From Chiloscyllium plagiosum (Eukaryota): 64,000 bases of DNA. The notes beneath the pieces were generated by a model. The model had not been told where the DNA came from, searched no databases, and saw nothing but the letters and a program-made list of their open reading frames with translations. The stretch lies in contig NC_057728.1 in assembly GCF_004010195.1 (NCBI RefSeq), forward strand, positions 53,340,174 to 53,404,173, given 5' to 3'. Both the position numbers and the translations under genes were made by a program. Of this stretch, positions 13,317 to 25,149 are shown piece after piece; the stretch's first letter is position 1; each line of letters starts with the position of its first letter.

Positions 13317-13400
13317 ACCTAATGAAGGAGTGGCGCTCTGAAAGCTAGTGCTTCCAAGTAAACCTGTTGGACTATAACCTGGTGTTGTGTGATTTTTAAC
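13317..13400 (+). mobile_element. PLE terminal-repeat fragment (second family) with degenerate hammerhead
   Basis: uac CUAAUGA a GGAGU ggc GCUCU GAAA gc UA gug: palindromic AGCU stem III, G5 mutated to A. Confidence 0.6.
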
Positions 13401-13406
13401 ATAGGG

Positions 13407-13707
13407 AGCGGCACGGTGGCAGGGGGCGGCACGATGGCACAGTGGTTAAATTTCCGCCTCAAGCGACTGACTGTGTGGAGTTTGCACATTCTCCCTGTGT
13501 CTACGTGAGTTTCCTCCGGGTGCTCCGGTTTCCTCCCACAGTCCAAAAAATGTGCAGGTGAGGTGAATTGGCCATGCTAAATTGCCCGTAGTGTTAGGTG
13601 AAGGGGTAAATGTCGGGGAATGGGTCTGGGTGGGTTGTGCTTCCGCGGGTCGGTGTGGACTTGTTGGGCCGAAGAGCCTGTTTCCACAATGTACTTAATC
13701 TAATCAA
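13407..13707 (+). mobile_element. HE1-type V-SINE with duplicated, partly deleted head
   Basis: V-domain ctgtgtggagtttgcacattctccc...gggtgctccggtttcctcccacagtccaaa; CR1-derived tail ending taatctaatc. Confidence 0.9.
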
Positions 13708-13710
13708 ACC

Positions 13711-14023
13711 CCTACAATAGAGATAAAGGCCATTCAGCCCATCAAGTCTGCACTAATTCATCAAAGAGCATCCCACCCTATACCCACAACACCATATTTC
13801 CCAAGGCTAATCCACCAACCTGCACCGTGCTGGAGGCTGCTGGGCAAATTTAGCACCCAGCCTGGACACCTTTGAATTGTGGGAGAAATCCAGAGCATCC
13901 AGCCAAACCCCATGCGGACATGGGGGAGAACATGCAAACACCACACATTCACCCAAGATAGAACTGAACCTGTATCGAGGCGCTGTGAGGCAGCAGTGCT
14001 AGCCACTGAGCTACTGTTGCCAC
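13711..14023 (-). mobile_element. HE1-type V-SINE, older copy, tail-to-tail with the preceding copy
   Basis: tRNA head on the minus strand (plus strand reads gcgctgtgaggcagcagtgctagccactgagc) followed by a V-domain. Confidence 0.85.
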
Positions 14024-14430
14024 CCAACACCCTGCATAGGAGACTGCTGTGGATAATCTATTTGCTCCTCCCAGCAGGCAGGATGATGCCGTTTCGTGGG
14101 TATTAATTGGTTGAATAAGTTCCTCTGTTAGTAATGGGATGGGAAGGGTTGGGAGGTGTCCTGGTTCAGGCTTCATTTTGTTGGGGGCTGGAAGGTGACA
14201 GGGTTCCCATCTGCTGTGCTTCCACCTGATGAATTACCTCCTTCTGGCCCAAAACCTGCCTTGTAAGATGGTATTAACTTCCCCTCCATTAACTAGGTTT
14301 CTCTGCCCACACGCTGAGGTTTTCCTGAATCTTCTCCTGTTTCGAGCGTAAAGTGTCCGTTGTATCTTGACAATTTGTGGTGGTTGCAAGCTGACATTGA
14401 ATGGGGTGGGGGGGCTTCTTTCTTTTGCAG

Positions 14431-14644
14431 GCTCTGATCCTGGTGAACAACAAAATCGGCACAGTGCATCCCAAGGCCTTCGCACCCCTGGTGAAGTTGC
14501 AGAGACTTTACTTGTCCAAGAACCTGCTGAAAGAAATCCCAGCCAACATGCCCTCATCACTGCATGAACTTCGCATCCATGAGAATGAAATCACCAAAGT
14601 GAAGAAGAATGCATTTGACAATCTATCGCAGGTGTACGCCTTAG
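14431..14644 (+). CDS. DCN: Decorin / decorin-like class I SLRP, coding exon equivalent to human DCN exon 4
   Basis: Acceptor tcttttgcag|GCT, donor TTAG|gtatat; 214 nt, phase 0 to 1. Encodes [71 protein letters not shown](E), LRRs collinear with decorin ALILVNNKI...RLYLSKN...HENEITKV. Confidence 0.95.
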
Positions 14645-14846
14645 GTATATCTTACTGCCTCCCTGAGCCCCGAGATTTGACACCAAGCCAATTCTAGTGA
14701 ACCACCTCCTCCTTTCATTGGCACTGAATGTATTCCCTTCTGTTGACGATGATGGTTAAAAGGTTGGGAGTGGTTAAGGGATGGTTAACACTCTGCAGCT
14801 GCCACATTGCAGGAATTCTATCAAACTCTTACTGTTTGGTTTTAAC

Positions 14847-15209
14847 TCATGGAATCATAGAGATATACAGCATGGAAACAGAGACGGTCCAACTCGTCCA
14901 AGCTGACCATATATCCTAAATTAACCTAGTCCCATTTGCCAGCACTTGGCCTATATTCCTCTAAACCCTTCCTATTCATGTACCCATGCAGATGTCTTTT
15001 AAATGTTGCAATTTTACTAGCCTCCATCACTTCCTGTGGTAGCTCATTCCATGCAAGCACTACCCTTTGTGTGAAAAAGTTGCCCCTTAGGTCCCTTTTA
15101 AATCTTTGCCCTCTCACTCTAAATCTATGACCTCTAGTTCTGGACTCCCCCACCCCAGGGAAAAGACCTTGTCTATTTACCCTCTCCATGGCCCTCATGA
15201 TTTTATAAA
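14847..15209 (-). mobile_element. CR1/HER1-like LINE 3' fragment
   Basis: Minus-strand peptide GLFPGVGESRTRGHRFRVRGQRFKRDLRGNFFTQRVV, the CR1 ORF2 C-terminus. Confidence 0.9.
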
Positions 15210-15315
15210 CTCCTCAGATCAGTGATTAAAAGTCACAAGACTACCTGCATCAGGATTCCAAATAGGCACTCCCAGTTGGTATGGTTCCAAACTGAGAATG
15301 CAGATCGGTAAAATA

Positions 15316-15539
15316 TAGTAATCACCCCCCTGTACCCGCGGGGGATACATTCTAAGATCTACTGCGGATGCCCAAAACCACGGATAGTAATGAACCCATT
15401 CATTTAAATGGGAAATTTACCTCCCCGGCAGCCTCTGGTCCCTGCGTTTGGAATTTTCCATGTAATATGTTCGGGCTGCGGTAAACCGTGGGTGACTGAA
15501 ACCACGGTAGCTGGACCCATGGATACAGGGGTTGCCCTG
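15316..15539. mobile_element. Tc1/mariner-pogo (Tigger-type, MER44/Tigger7-like) MITE
   Basis: TA at 15314-15315 and 15540-15541; imperfect TIRs tagtaatcacccccctgtacccgcgg and ccatggatacaggggttgccctg; internal motifs gggggatacattctaagat and gtgactgaaaccacgg, recalled as Tigger7-like. Confidence 0.75.
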
Positions 15540-15561
15540 TAATCCCATTGGAATCTCATTG

Positions 15562-16020
15562 AAACATAAAAACCTCGAAACTAGGAGCATGAGTAGGCCA
15601 CTTGGCTGTTCAAGCCTGCTCTGCCAAACAATATGATCATATCTGATCATCCAACTCCAAGCCTGTTCCTACTTCTCCCCATACTTTTTGATTCTTGTAG
15701 CCCCAAGTGCCACACCTAACTCCTTCTTGATATCATACTTTTTGCCATCAACTGCTTTCTGTGGTCATAGATTCCACAGGCTCACCATTCTCTGGATGTA
15801 GAAATTTCTCTTCGTCTCAGTCCTAAATGGTTTACCCCATTAATCCTGTGATCCCTGGTTCTGGACTCCCATGCCTTCAGGAACATCTTTCCTGCATCAG
15901 CCAGTCTAGCCCTGTTAGCATTTTGTAGGTTTCTATGAGATTATCCCTTATTTGTCTAAACTCGAATGAATATAATCCTGCTTCAACTACTCCTTGTACA
16001 TCAACTCTACCATCTCAGGA
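15562..16020 (-). mobile_element. CR1-type LINE 3' fragment
   Basis: Collinear with 9338-9790. Confidence 0.75.
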
Positions 16021-16130
16021 GGTATTGTATTGTATTGTATGTGTGTATGCACTCTGAAACTGTTCTGTATTCAGTAAGATCTCTGTCCCTCTTTCAAGGT
16101 CATTTCTGTCTTGTTGTACTTGGAGAGGAA

Positions 16131-16682
16131 GCATGTTAAGAAGGCATACAGTGTGTTAGCTTTTATTGGGAGAAGGATTGAGTTTCGGAACCATGGGTTC
16201 ATGTTGCAGCTTTACAAAACTGGTGCGGCCACATTTGGAACATTGCGTACAGTTCTGCTCACTTTGGAAGCTTTGGAAAGGGTTCAGACGAGATTTCTAG
16301 GATGTTTCCTGGAATGGAGGGAAGGTCTTACGAGGAAAGGCTGATGGACTTGAGGCTGTTTTCGTTAGAGAGAAGAAGGTTGAGAAGCGATTTAATTGAG
16401 ACAGAAAAGATAGTCAGAGGGTCAAATAGGTTGGATTGAGAGCCTTTTTCCTCGGATGGCAATGGCTAGCACAAGGGGACATAGCTTTAAATTGAAGGGT
16501 GATAGATGTAGGATAGGTGTCAGAGAGTAGTAGGGTTGTGGAATGCACTGCCTGTAACAGTAGCAGACTCGCCAACATTAAATAGTCATTGGATGGGCAT
16601 ATGGATGAGAATGGAATAGCGTAGGTTAGATGGGCTTCAGATTGGTTCCACAGGTTGGCGCTGTAATGTTCTATGTTCTATG
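16131..16682 (+). mobile_element. CR1/HER1-like LINE 3' fragment
   Basis: VKKAYSVLAFIGRRIEFRNH...LEALERVQTRF; tail ttctatgttctatg; same family as 49848-51985. Confidence 0.9.
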
Positions 16683-16743
16683 TGGTGTCCACTGACACAC
16701 TCAAGGCCTTCTGTGGCTGGTGGATACAACAGTGAGTTGAATA

Positions 16744-16897
16744 GATGCTGGAGATCAGAGTCAAAAAGTGTGGTGCTGGAAAAGCAGCATCCGAGGAGCA
16801 GGAAAGTTGCCATTTTGGGCAAAAGCTGCTTATGCTCAAAACATTGACTCTCCTGCTCCTTGGATGCTGCCTGACCAGTTGTGCTTTTCCAGCACCT
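16744..16897. mobile_element. PLE-derived fold-back element, decayed
   Basis: ggtgctggaaaagca..gcatccgaggagcagga is inverted against tcctgctccttggatgc..tgcttttccagcacc. Confidence 0.75.
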
Positions 16898-17927
16898 GAC
16901 ATTTTGGCTTGAGTACATTAGGAATTACTAATAAAGACATGTTAATTTATCTGGTTAATTTAAGTGTTGAATATTGGTTCACATTAACATGTCCTTTAAG
17001 GCTGCTGGCACCTTTTTCATTTGGCTTATTTGGTTCAATTTGTTTTTATTTGATTTAATCTGATTAATTTTTAAATGTGTGATTTAAAAGAATTTCAATA
17101 AGATCATGACTGTTTGGAGTCTTAACCCCATAAAGCCTTGACACCTTTATCTGTCAAAAGTCTATTGAATTCTGTCTTAAATAAATTCAATAATCCAGCC
17201 TTTGTTGTTTCCAGGGGAAAGAGAACTTCACAGACTAACAACCCACTGAGAGAAAAATATTCTCATCCCTATCTTAAAAGGGAGACTTGTTGTTGTGAAA
17301 CAGAGTCTCTGGTGCAGAAGGCATCATTCTCCCAATAGCAACTCTATCACAATCTTGCATGTTTCAAAATAAACTGTTTGAAGGAATGTTTAAACATAGT
17401 TTCATTCTCTGTACCCCAATGCCAAGTAATATTCCAACTGCCTCTGTTTGAGGCTAAGTATAATGAAAGTGAACTCCCACACTGCTGTCCCTGAGTATGG
17501 TGCATGGAGGACTGGATACATTATGGCAAGCCCCAAAGTGGGAGTGGAGTCCAATCTTAAAGGCAGGGGCTGGAAATTTTTCTATTGAACTGCTTGAACC
17601 CAGCCTGGTCTCACCAGCCAGCTAGTGGAAGAGTTTCCTTGCATTAAGGAATGACCACCCACTTAGGAATTGTTAATAACATCTGTCTCATCACTTCTCC
17701 TTCTCCTCCTCTCCAAAATAAAGAACAGTCTTCCTCATAACTCAACCATTCTACATTCAGTGCCATCAGCCACGACCTGACTCCTCCACTGTCTTTCTGT
17801 GGATAGAAGAGTTAAGAAATAAATTAATTTTGAGCTAAATGAATGGCAGAAGAACTTCAAGGAGCTGAATGGCCTTCTCACTCCCCTACAATCCTACATC
17901 ATGGAATTAAGGTTTTTATGTTTTTTT

Positions 17928-18282
17928 AATTCATTCGTGGGATGGGGGCATCGCTGGTTAGGCTAGTATTTATTGCCCCTCCCTAATTGTCCAGAGGGCA
18001 TTTAAGAGTCAATCACATTGCTGTGGGTCTAGAGTCACATGTAGGCCAGACCAGGTAAGGATGGCAGTTTCCTTCCCTGATGGACATTAATGAATCAGAT
18101 GGACTTTTCCGAGAATAGACAATGGATTCATGGTCATCATTAGACTCTTAATTCCAGAATTTTTTTTTGTTGAAATCAAATCCTACTACCTGCTTTGGCA
18201 GGATTCAGACCCAGGTTCCCAGAATATTACATAGATCTCGGGATTAAAAACCCAATGGTAATACCATAATGCCATTGCCCCC
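17928..18282 (-). mobile_element. tRNA-derived SINE, family B, near full length
   Basis: Tail ttcattc..gggatgggggcatcgctgg..tttattgcccctccctaattg, body agagtcacatgtaggccagaccaggtaaggatggcagtttccttccct, tRNA-like head near 18200-18280. Confidence 0.85.
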
Positions 18283-18589
18283 CATTATGGTACATTGGTC
18301 CATTGTATCCTCAACGTTGGTTCATTTTCACCAAGTCAAAATACAAAGCATATTTGGATATAGTTCCTTATATTAAAACTGAGCCTTCTGGTACTTTAAA
18401 CAAATTATATAATTGGAATGTGCTGCCTCAACAAGTGATGGAAGCAGATAAAATAGGGAATCTTATAGGGCTGTAAGATATAAATAAAGGTGGCCATGAT
18501 ATAGTGGTAATGACACTACACTAGTATCCATGCTAACAGTGTGGAAACATACCTTTGAATCCCATCCTGGCAAATAGTGAAACTTTGAG

Positions 18590-18883
18590 ATGGTACAGTG
18601 GCTCAGTGGTTCACACTATATCCAAGTTTGATTCCGCTGGGTAACTGTCTGTGTGGAATTTGAACATTGTTTGCATGCATTTCTATTCGGTGCTCTGGTT
18701 TCCTCCCACTGCCCAAAATTGGAGTGATCATGCTAAATTGTCCCATAGTGTCTAGAGATGTGCAGATTAGGTGAGTCAGCATGGAAGATATGGGAATAGG
18801 GTGAGAATAGGTGGGGAGTGTTCAGAAGCTCAGTGCAAACTAGATGGAGCAAACAGCCTCTTTCTGCACTATAGGGATTCTAT
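18590..18883 (+). mobile_element. HE1-type V-SINE, decayed
   Basis: ggtacagtggctcagtggtt head followed by a V-domain. Confidence 0.8.
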
Positions 18884-19060
18884 ATCTGAGAGAAAGGGGA
18901 AATTTGAAGGGCTGTTGGAAATAATCAGAGGAATGGGACTAATTCACTCAGGTTTTCAATGTTCTGTCACAGGATTATTGGGCTGAGTGGTCTCCTTCTG
19001 TGTTGTAAGACACGGTGATCCTAACATTTCTTTTCATTTTCTTCACCTCCAACCCAACAG

Positions 19061-19174
19061 AAATGGGCAGCAACCCTTTGAAAAATTCAGGTATTGACGG
19101 TGGTGCCTTTAATGGATTGAAAAAGCTTTCTTTCATTCGACTGTCGGATGCAGCCCTCACAGCTATTCCCAAAG
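19061..19174 (+). CDS. DCN: Decorin-like exon (DCN exon 5 equivalent)
   Basis: Acceptor cccaacag|AA, donor AAAG|gtaatg; 114 nt, phase 1 to 1. Encodes (E)[37 protein letters not shown](G); decorin-type length with KKL. Confidence 0.95.
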
Positions 19175-19928
19175 GTAATGTGCAAATTAAGCAGTTCAGA
19201 TTGGCAAAGAAGCCCCTTTACTGAGCACAGTGGGACATGTGCATCTTGCCAGACCCACACTGAGCTTGTGGTGTGGCAAACCATAGGTGTGTCTGTTATC
19301 CATTAAGGACTTTGGCAAATCAATCAGAATTTATTAAGCTACGACCACTGTTGAAGCTGGCATTGTTCTTCCTTAACTCAGATCAGACTGGGGTGGGGAG
19401 CTCATCGTGCTGAAACAAAAGGATACATCTCTTTAACAATGTAAATAGGGAGAGGCTGTTAACAGCCGCAGGAAATGGATAACTGGAGAATATAGATTTA
19501 AAATCATTGGCAAAAGTACCAAAGTTGGAGATAAGGAGAATATTTACATTCATATCAAGTTCTGGTGAACTGCAGTTTTGTTCTGTTTATTCATATGATG
19601 TTGGCATTGCTAGCATTTATTGCCCATCTCTAATTAGCCTTGAGAAAGTCAGTCCATGATTTAAAACAAATCATTTCATATATTTTTGATAGTTTCATTT
19701 TCATTTTCTCCCTCCCCTCCACCTCTTCCCACACCCATACCATGTAATATTCCAAACACCACAATTGGAGGAATAGTCCATGAGGTGTTCATGAAGAACA
19801 ATCCATGAGTTATAGCTACACCCTTTGTGCTGTTAGAGAGGGAGTTCCAGCATCTTGATCCAGTGACAGTATAGGAATGAGGATATAGTTCCAAGTCAGG
19901 ATAGTGTATGGCTAAGAGGGAAACTTGG

Positions 19929-20505
19929 TTCTGGATTAGTGGTGCTGGAAGAGCACAGCAGTTCAGGCAGCATCCAAGGAGCAGCAAAATCGACGTTTTG
20001 GGCAAAAGCCCTTCATCAGGATAAAAGGCAGAGAGCCTGAAGCGTGGAGTGATAAGCTAGAGGAGGGTGGAGATGGGGAGAAAGTAGCATAGAGTACAAT
20101 AGGTGAGTGGGGGAGGGGATGAAGGTGATAGGTCAGGGAGGAGAGGGTGGAGTGGATAGGTGGAAAAGGAGATATGCAGGTAGGACAAGTCCGGACAAGT
20201 CATGGGGACAGTGCTGAGCTGGAAGTTTGGAACTAGGGTGAGGTGGGGGAAAGGGGAAATGAGGAAACTGTTGAAGTCCACATTGATGGCCTGTGGTTGA
20301 AGTGTTCCGAGGCGGAAGATGAGGCGTTCTTCCTCCAGGCGTCTGATGGTGAGGGAGTGGCAGTGAAGGAGGCCCAGGACCTCCATGTCCTCGGCAGAGT
20401 GGGAGGGGGAGTTGAAATGTTGGGCCACGGGGCGTTGTGGTTGATTGGTGCGGATATCCCGGAGATGTTCCCTAAAGCGCTCTGCTAGGAGCTGCCCAGT
20501 CTCCA
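19929..20505 (-). mobile_element. Penelope-like element, 5'-truncated (GIY-YIG endonuclease C-terminus plus terminal repeat)
   Basis: ETGQLLAERFREHLRDIRTNQPQRPVAQHFNSPSHS...RRLEEERLIFRLGTLQPQAIN; hammerhead motif at 19992-20019 with G12 mutated to A; inserted in an antisense family B LINE tail. Confidence 0.9.
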
Positions 20506-21458
20506 CAGGTAATGCTCCCATGTATCTGCTGCCCTTGTCCCTCTAGGTTTGGACAGTACTGTCTGAGGAGCCTTGGTGAGTTGAAATGTACTGACAGAAG
20601 CAGATTCAATGACAATTATCAAGAAAACTTTGGATAGATACATTAAAAGGAAATATTTGCAGGTCTATGGTGTTAAAAACAAGGGAGTGGGATTAATTGG
20701 ATAGCTCTTTCAGAGAAATACCACCATATAATGAGCTGATTAGCTTCCCTTGGTGCTACATAACTATGATTGTAACACTTTATCATGTAGTGAAGATAAC
20801 TAACAGTAAATAAAATTACTTATGCTAATATGATTGGATAGATGATGAAGAACATGCTGATTCACTTGTCAATGTTATGGTTTAAAGTGGACACTATTTT
20901 AAGTGGTTAACATCACCAGAGAAATGCTAGGCAGAGGAATCACTCGAACAGTTTGAGTGTTAGTTTTGAGGATGCTCATTTCTCACCTTGCATCCATCTG
21001 TGTGACGTTTGTACAAAGTCATAGAGTCATAGAGATGTACAGCATGGAGAGTCAATGTCATAATTTACAATTTCACATTCTTAAAGTGACAACATGCCTT
21101 TTGGAACATGCACACAGATCCTTCAACATTCCACTGCATGGAATGATAGGTGCAGGGCTTTTAAATGATCCAATTAATGATAACATTGTTTAAATCTGTG
21201 AGGGGTGATTCAACAGGCCTGACAGTTCCTAGAAGGAAGAGAGCATATCTTGATGAACCATAGGCTTCCCCCAATGATTACCTGAGTTGTATTCCCAGTG
21301 GTAAGCACTACATCCTGCTGGAGGGCAGGATTATGGAAGTATGTAGTCCCTGTAATACTTTAAGGTCGCAGAGAGTACCTTAGTGATTTATGGCAACTCC
21401 TGCATGGTTTATTTTGACTAATTTCTTACCCCTTTCCCACACCCACCCTTTACACCAG

Positions 21459-21552
21459 GTCTTCCAGCAACTCTATCTGAAATTCATCTTGATGGCAACA
21501 AAATCACCCGGGTCAAAGCTGATTCGCTGAAGGGTCTGAAGAATCTGGTCAG
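21459..21552 (+). CDS. DCN: Decorin-like exon (DCN exon 6 equivalent); missed by the ORF track
   Basis: Acceptor tttacaccag|GT, donor AG|gtaagt; 94 nt, phase 1 to 2. Encodes (G)[30 protein letters not shown](R), cf. decorin LPPSLTELHLDGNKISRVDAASLKGLNNLAK. Confidence 0.95.
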
Positions 21553-21999
21553 GTAAGTGTAGCTCATTGTCTTTCTGTCTCTTTGATCTTGTCCTGTCCA
21601 ATCAACCCTTCCAGCTCTCTTTACTCCCCCAATCTTATGCTAAAATCCAACGCTAAAATCCCTGATTTTAATCAGACCATCATTGGAGATTGTGACTTCA
21701 GTTGCCTCGACCCCATCTGCCAACATAAACCTTCATTTCTTTCACCTCCAATATACCATGGCTGCATTGCGTACTATCTACAAGATGTAGCAACTCAGCA
21801 AGAGTCCTTCGATAGCACCTGCCATACTTATGTTCTGTACCATCAAGAAAGACAAGGGGGCACCACTATCTGCAAGATCATCTTCAATCCACACATCATC
21901 CTCTTCTCTCAATTGACTGGGTTAAAATCCAGAATTTCTTCCCTAAAAACACTGTGAGTTTACCTACTCCAGTGAATTACAGCAGTCAGAAGGTAAGAA

Positions 22000-23440
22000 A
22001 TAACTAGGAGAAGAAAACCTTGCTAAGAGTAGACTGTGGGCCCCCAGGACATGAAATGTATCAGGAGATAATGAGGGCATGTAAAATAGACAGCATATTA
22101 ATCATGGGTGACTTTAATGTTCATGCAGATTGGTAAAATCAAATTAGCAAAGGTAGCCATAATAAGAATTAACAGAGCATATCAGGGCAATTTCTAGAAT
22201 AATATGTCATTGATCTGAACAGGGTTCAAGCTATTTTGGATCATGTGATGTATAGCGAAATAGGTTTAATGAATGATCTCAGAATAAAAGATTCCTGAGG
22301 GAACGTGACCATAACATGGTAGAATTTGGAATTCAGTTTGGAAGTGAGAAACCTGGGTCAGTAACAGTTGTGCTAAACTTAAATAAGACTAATTTCATAG
22401 GGATAAGGGCAGATTTGACTGGAGTGGACTGGGAATGGTGTTTACAGAAAAGATGGCAGAGATTTAAGAAAATAGTTGTGACTTACATCAAAGATATTAG
22501 ATTAGATTAGATTACAGTCAGTCGCCTGAGTCGGGAATTGAACCCGGGTCTCTGGTGCTGGATATAAACTAGTGAGGAAGAAGAAATCGAGAAAGCGGAC
22601 ACACTGACCATAGTTAACCAATGAAGTTAAGAATAGGATCAAATTGAAAAAAAAAACATACAATATGGTAAAGATTTATGGTAAGCCAGAGGATTGGGAA
22701 CCTTTTAAAAGCCAAACAAAAGCCCAAAAATAATAAAAAGGGAGAAAGCCGCAGCACAGAGAGACTTGGAGTTCCTTGTGTATGAATCACAAAAGTTAGT
22801 TTCCAAGTTCAATGTGCAATTCAGAAGTCAAGAAAGACAAATAGCCTTAATTTCAAAGTGAACTGAGTATAAAAAACTGGGAGCTCTTGCTATAGCATTA
22901 CGAGGCATTACTCAGACCACAGCTAGAATACTGTGTACAACTTTGGGCCTCTTATCTAAGGAAAGATATACCAACATTAAATGCAGTCCAGAGATAGCTC
23001 ACTAGGCTGATTCTGGATATGGAGGGTTATTCTTATGAGAAGAGGTTGAAACTCACTGGAGTTTAGACAAATGAGAGGGAACTAAAACATACAAGATTCT
23101 TAGGGGGCTTGACAGGCTAGGTGCAGAGATGATGTTTACCTTATGGAAGAGTCCAGGGAAAGAGACCATAATCTCATGGTTAGGGGTTCTCCCCACTTAA
23201 GACAGAGCTGAGGAAGAAATTCTTCTAAGTGTTGGAAATCTGTGCAATTCTTTCTGTTGAGGCTGAGTCAAGCATATTTAAAACTGAGACAGATTTTTAG
23301 TCACTAATGGAATCAAGGATCATGGGAATAAGGTATCTAAGTGGAATTGAAGATTATCAGATCTACCATTATCTCATTGAATGGCAGAGCACATTCAATG
23401 GCCTGAATGACCAATTTCTGTTCTTACACCTTATGATCTT
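22000..23440 (+). mobile_element. CR1-type LINE relic with internal deletions (endonuclease to 3' tail)
   Basis: IMGDFN endonuclease motif (atcatgggtgactttaat), [15 protein letters not shown] RT C-terminal motif near 22915, CR1 tail near 23400. Confidence 0.75.
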
Positions 23441-23544
23441 ACAGTTCAAGAATACAGCTCACTGCCACCTTTTTGAGGGAAACTGGGGACCAGAAGAAAA
23501 TGTTGGCCTTACCTCCAACACTCATATCGCATGAAATAAAATAA

Positions 23545-23735
23545 ACCCTAAATTTACACCTTTGACAACTCTCTAGCTTTCTTTCACCTTTAAGACCCTC
23601 CTTAAAGCCTATTGCTTTGAGCAAAGTTTTGGCAATCTGCCCTAATATTTCCATTATGCGGCTCTGTGTCAAATTTAGTTTGATAATATTCTTGTGAAAT
23701 ATCTTCAATAACTCTGCTTCAACAGTGTTATATAA
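23545..23735 (+). mobile_element. L2 LINE 3' end
   Basis: cctttaagaccctccttaaagcctattgctttgagcaaagttttgg...gtgttatataattgca; reverse counterpart of 30298-30675. Confidence 0.6.
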
Positions 23736-24590
23736 TTGCACAATACTGTCCAGTCTCCAAGTTTGACCCAAAGGGCAACTCATAGTGGCCTTTTCTGCTG
23801 GACCCATTAAACCCCTGGAAGTCAGTGGCTGAGATCCCCATATCCACGATTTCAATACCATTGAGGTTAATCCTTCACAAATCTCAATTCCTATTTTTCT
23901 CATGAATAGAAAATACTGGTTCCTCATCACAAGCCTTAGTCTAACCCCACTATTGTCTACGACTGAGTCGATCTACCTGAATTTACTTAATCTGACTTTC
24001 AAATCTTTTGATTTCTCCATGTTTTCCACTAACATTAATGAGTATTTGGTGGAACAAACTCCAGATTCGACTATCACTGCTCCCTGATTAGTTTACTATC
24101 TTGAAAAAAACTCTGTGGTCTGTGTAAAGTGTATATTTGATATGATTGCTAATTTTATGAAGTAAGATTAATTAGTATGGGCTATGCTTAAGCATGGATG
24201 TGCTACTAAGGTGCAACATATTGAAGATGTGTCATGAGGTTTACATTGAATGACACTGTGGCTTCAGGAATATTTTGAGGACTCTCATTTACACTGAGTG
24301 TTGTATGTTCTGAATCACAAGAGGAATTTGACACCATCCCTCCTGGTGAATTTGGTGGTGAAGAGTCTTTAATTGGGGCAGAAGGTGGCAGGTGACAATG
24401 CCGTTGCCTCTGTTCTTCTTTTCAATTAAATCCGCACTGGAATACCCACTTAGAACTCTCACCCACAGGCACTAGTGATCACCCCCAACAATGGGTATCA
24501 TTGAAGCAGCATAAACAGCAGGGCTTCCCAAACTGGGGGTCAGAACCCCAAGTGGGATCACTGTAGAGATTTTAACAAGGTCAGCCAGAT

Positions 24591-24945
24591 GGGGGTGACA
24601 CGGTGGATCAGTGGTTAGCACTGCTGCCTCACAGCACCATGGACCCAAGTTTGCTTCCAGCCTCAGGTGACTGTCTGTGTGAAGTTTGCACATTCTCCCC
24701 GTATCTGTGCGGATTTCCTCCAGGTGCTCTGGTTTCCTCCTACAGTCCAAAGGTGTGCAGGTTAGGTTAATTGGCCTGCTAAATTACCCATAGTGTTCAA
24801 GGATGTGTAGGTTAGGTGCATTTGTCAGGGGTAAATATAGGATAATAGAGTATGGGGAATGGGTCTGGGCGGGTTACTCTTCGGAGGGTTGGTGTGGACA
24901 TGTTGGGCCGAAGGGCCTGTTTCCATACTGTAGAGATTCTAAGAT
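24591..24945 (+). mobile_element. HE1-type V-SINE, full length
   Basis: Head cacggtggatcagtggttagcactgctgcctcacagc, V-domain, tail gggcctgtttccatactgtagagattct. Confidence 0.9.
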
Positions 24946-24955
24946 TATATAACCT

Positions 24956-25149
24956 TGTAGAATATGAGTTCCCTGACTGGGACTGTTAACCAGTCTAATC
25001 AGGGAACCAGACTGACAGATATTAACAAAAGGGTCAAAGGTTCTGTTGATTCTGACAGCTGGCTCTGTGGGAGCTGGATCACTGTCGAGGACCATCCATG
25101 TGTAAATAAAAGGGTGATTTGGATGACCAGCCTCTGTGGACTTATTTCA
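24956..25149 (+). mobile_element. Short solo-LTR-like element (Gypsy-type, tentative)
   Basis: TG...CA ends (tgtag...ttatttca) and an internal aaataaa; related antisense copy at 28903-29128; no clear TSD. Confidence 0.5.

Noticed and set aside
14632..14637. Alternative donor CAG|gtgtac in exon 4
   Set aside because: It would give a 201-nt phase-0 exon that is out of frame with the next exon; the donor at 14645 gives the decorin-typical 214 nt.
14401..14697. ORF-track starts and stops around the decorin exons (also 19015, 26947, 29412)
   Set aside because: These are intronic read-through; splice sites and reading phases define the real exons.
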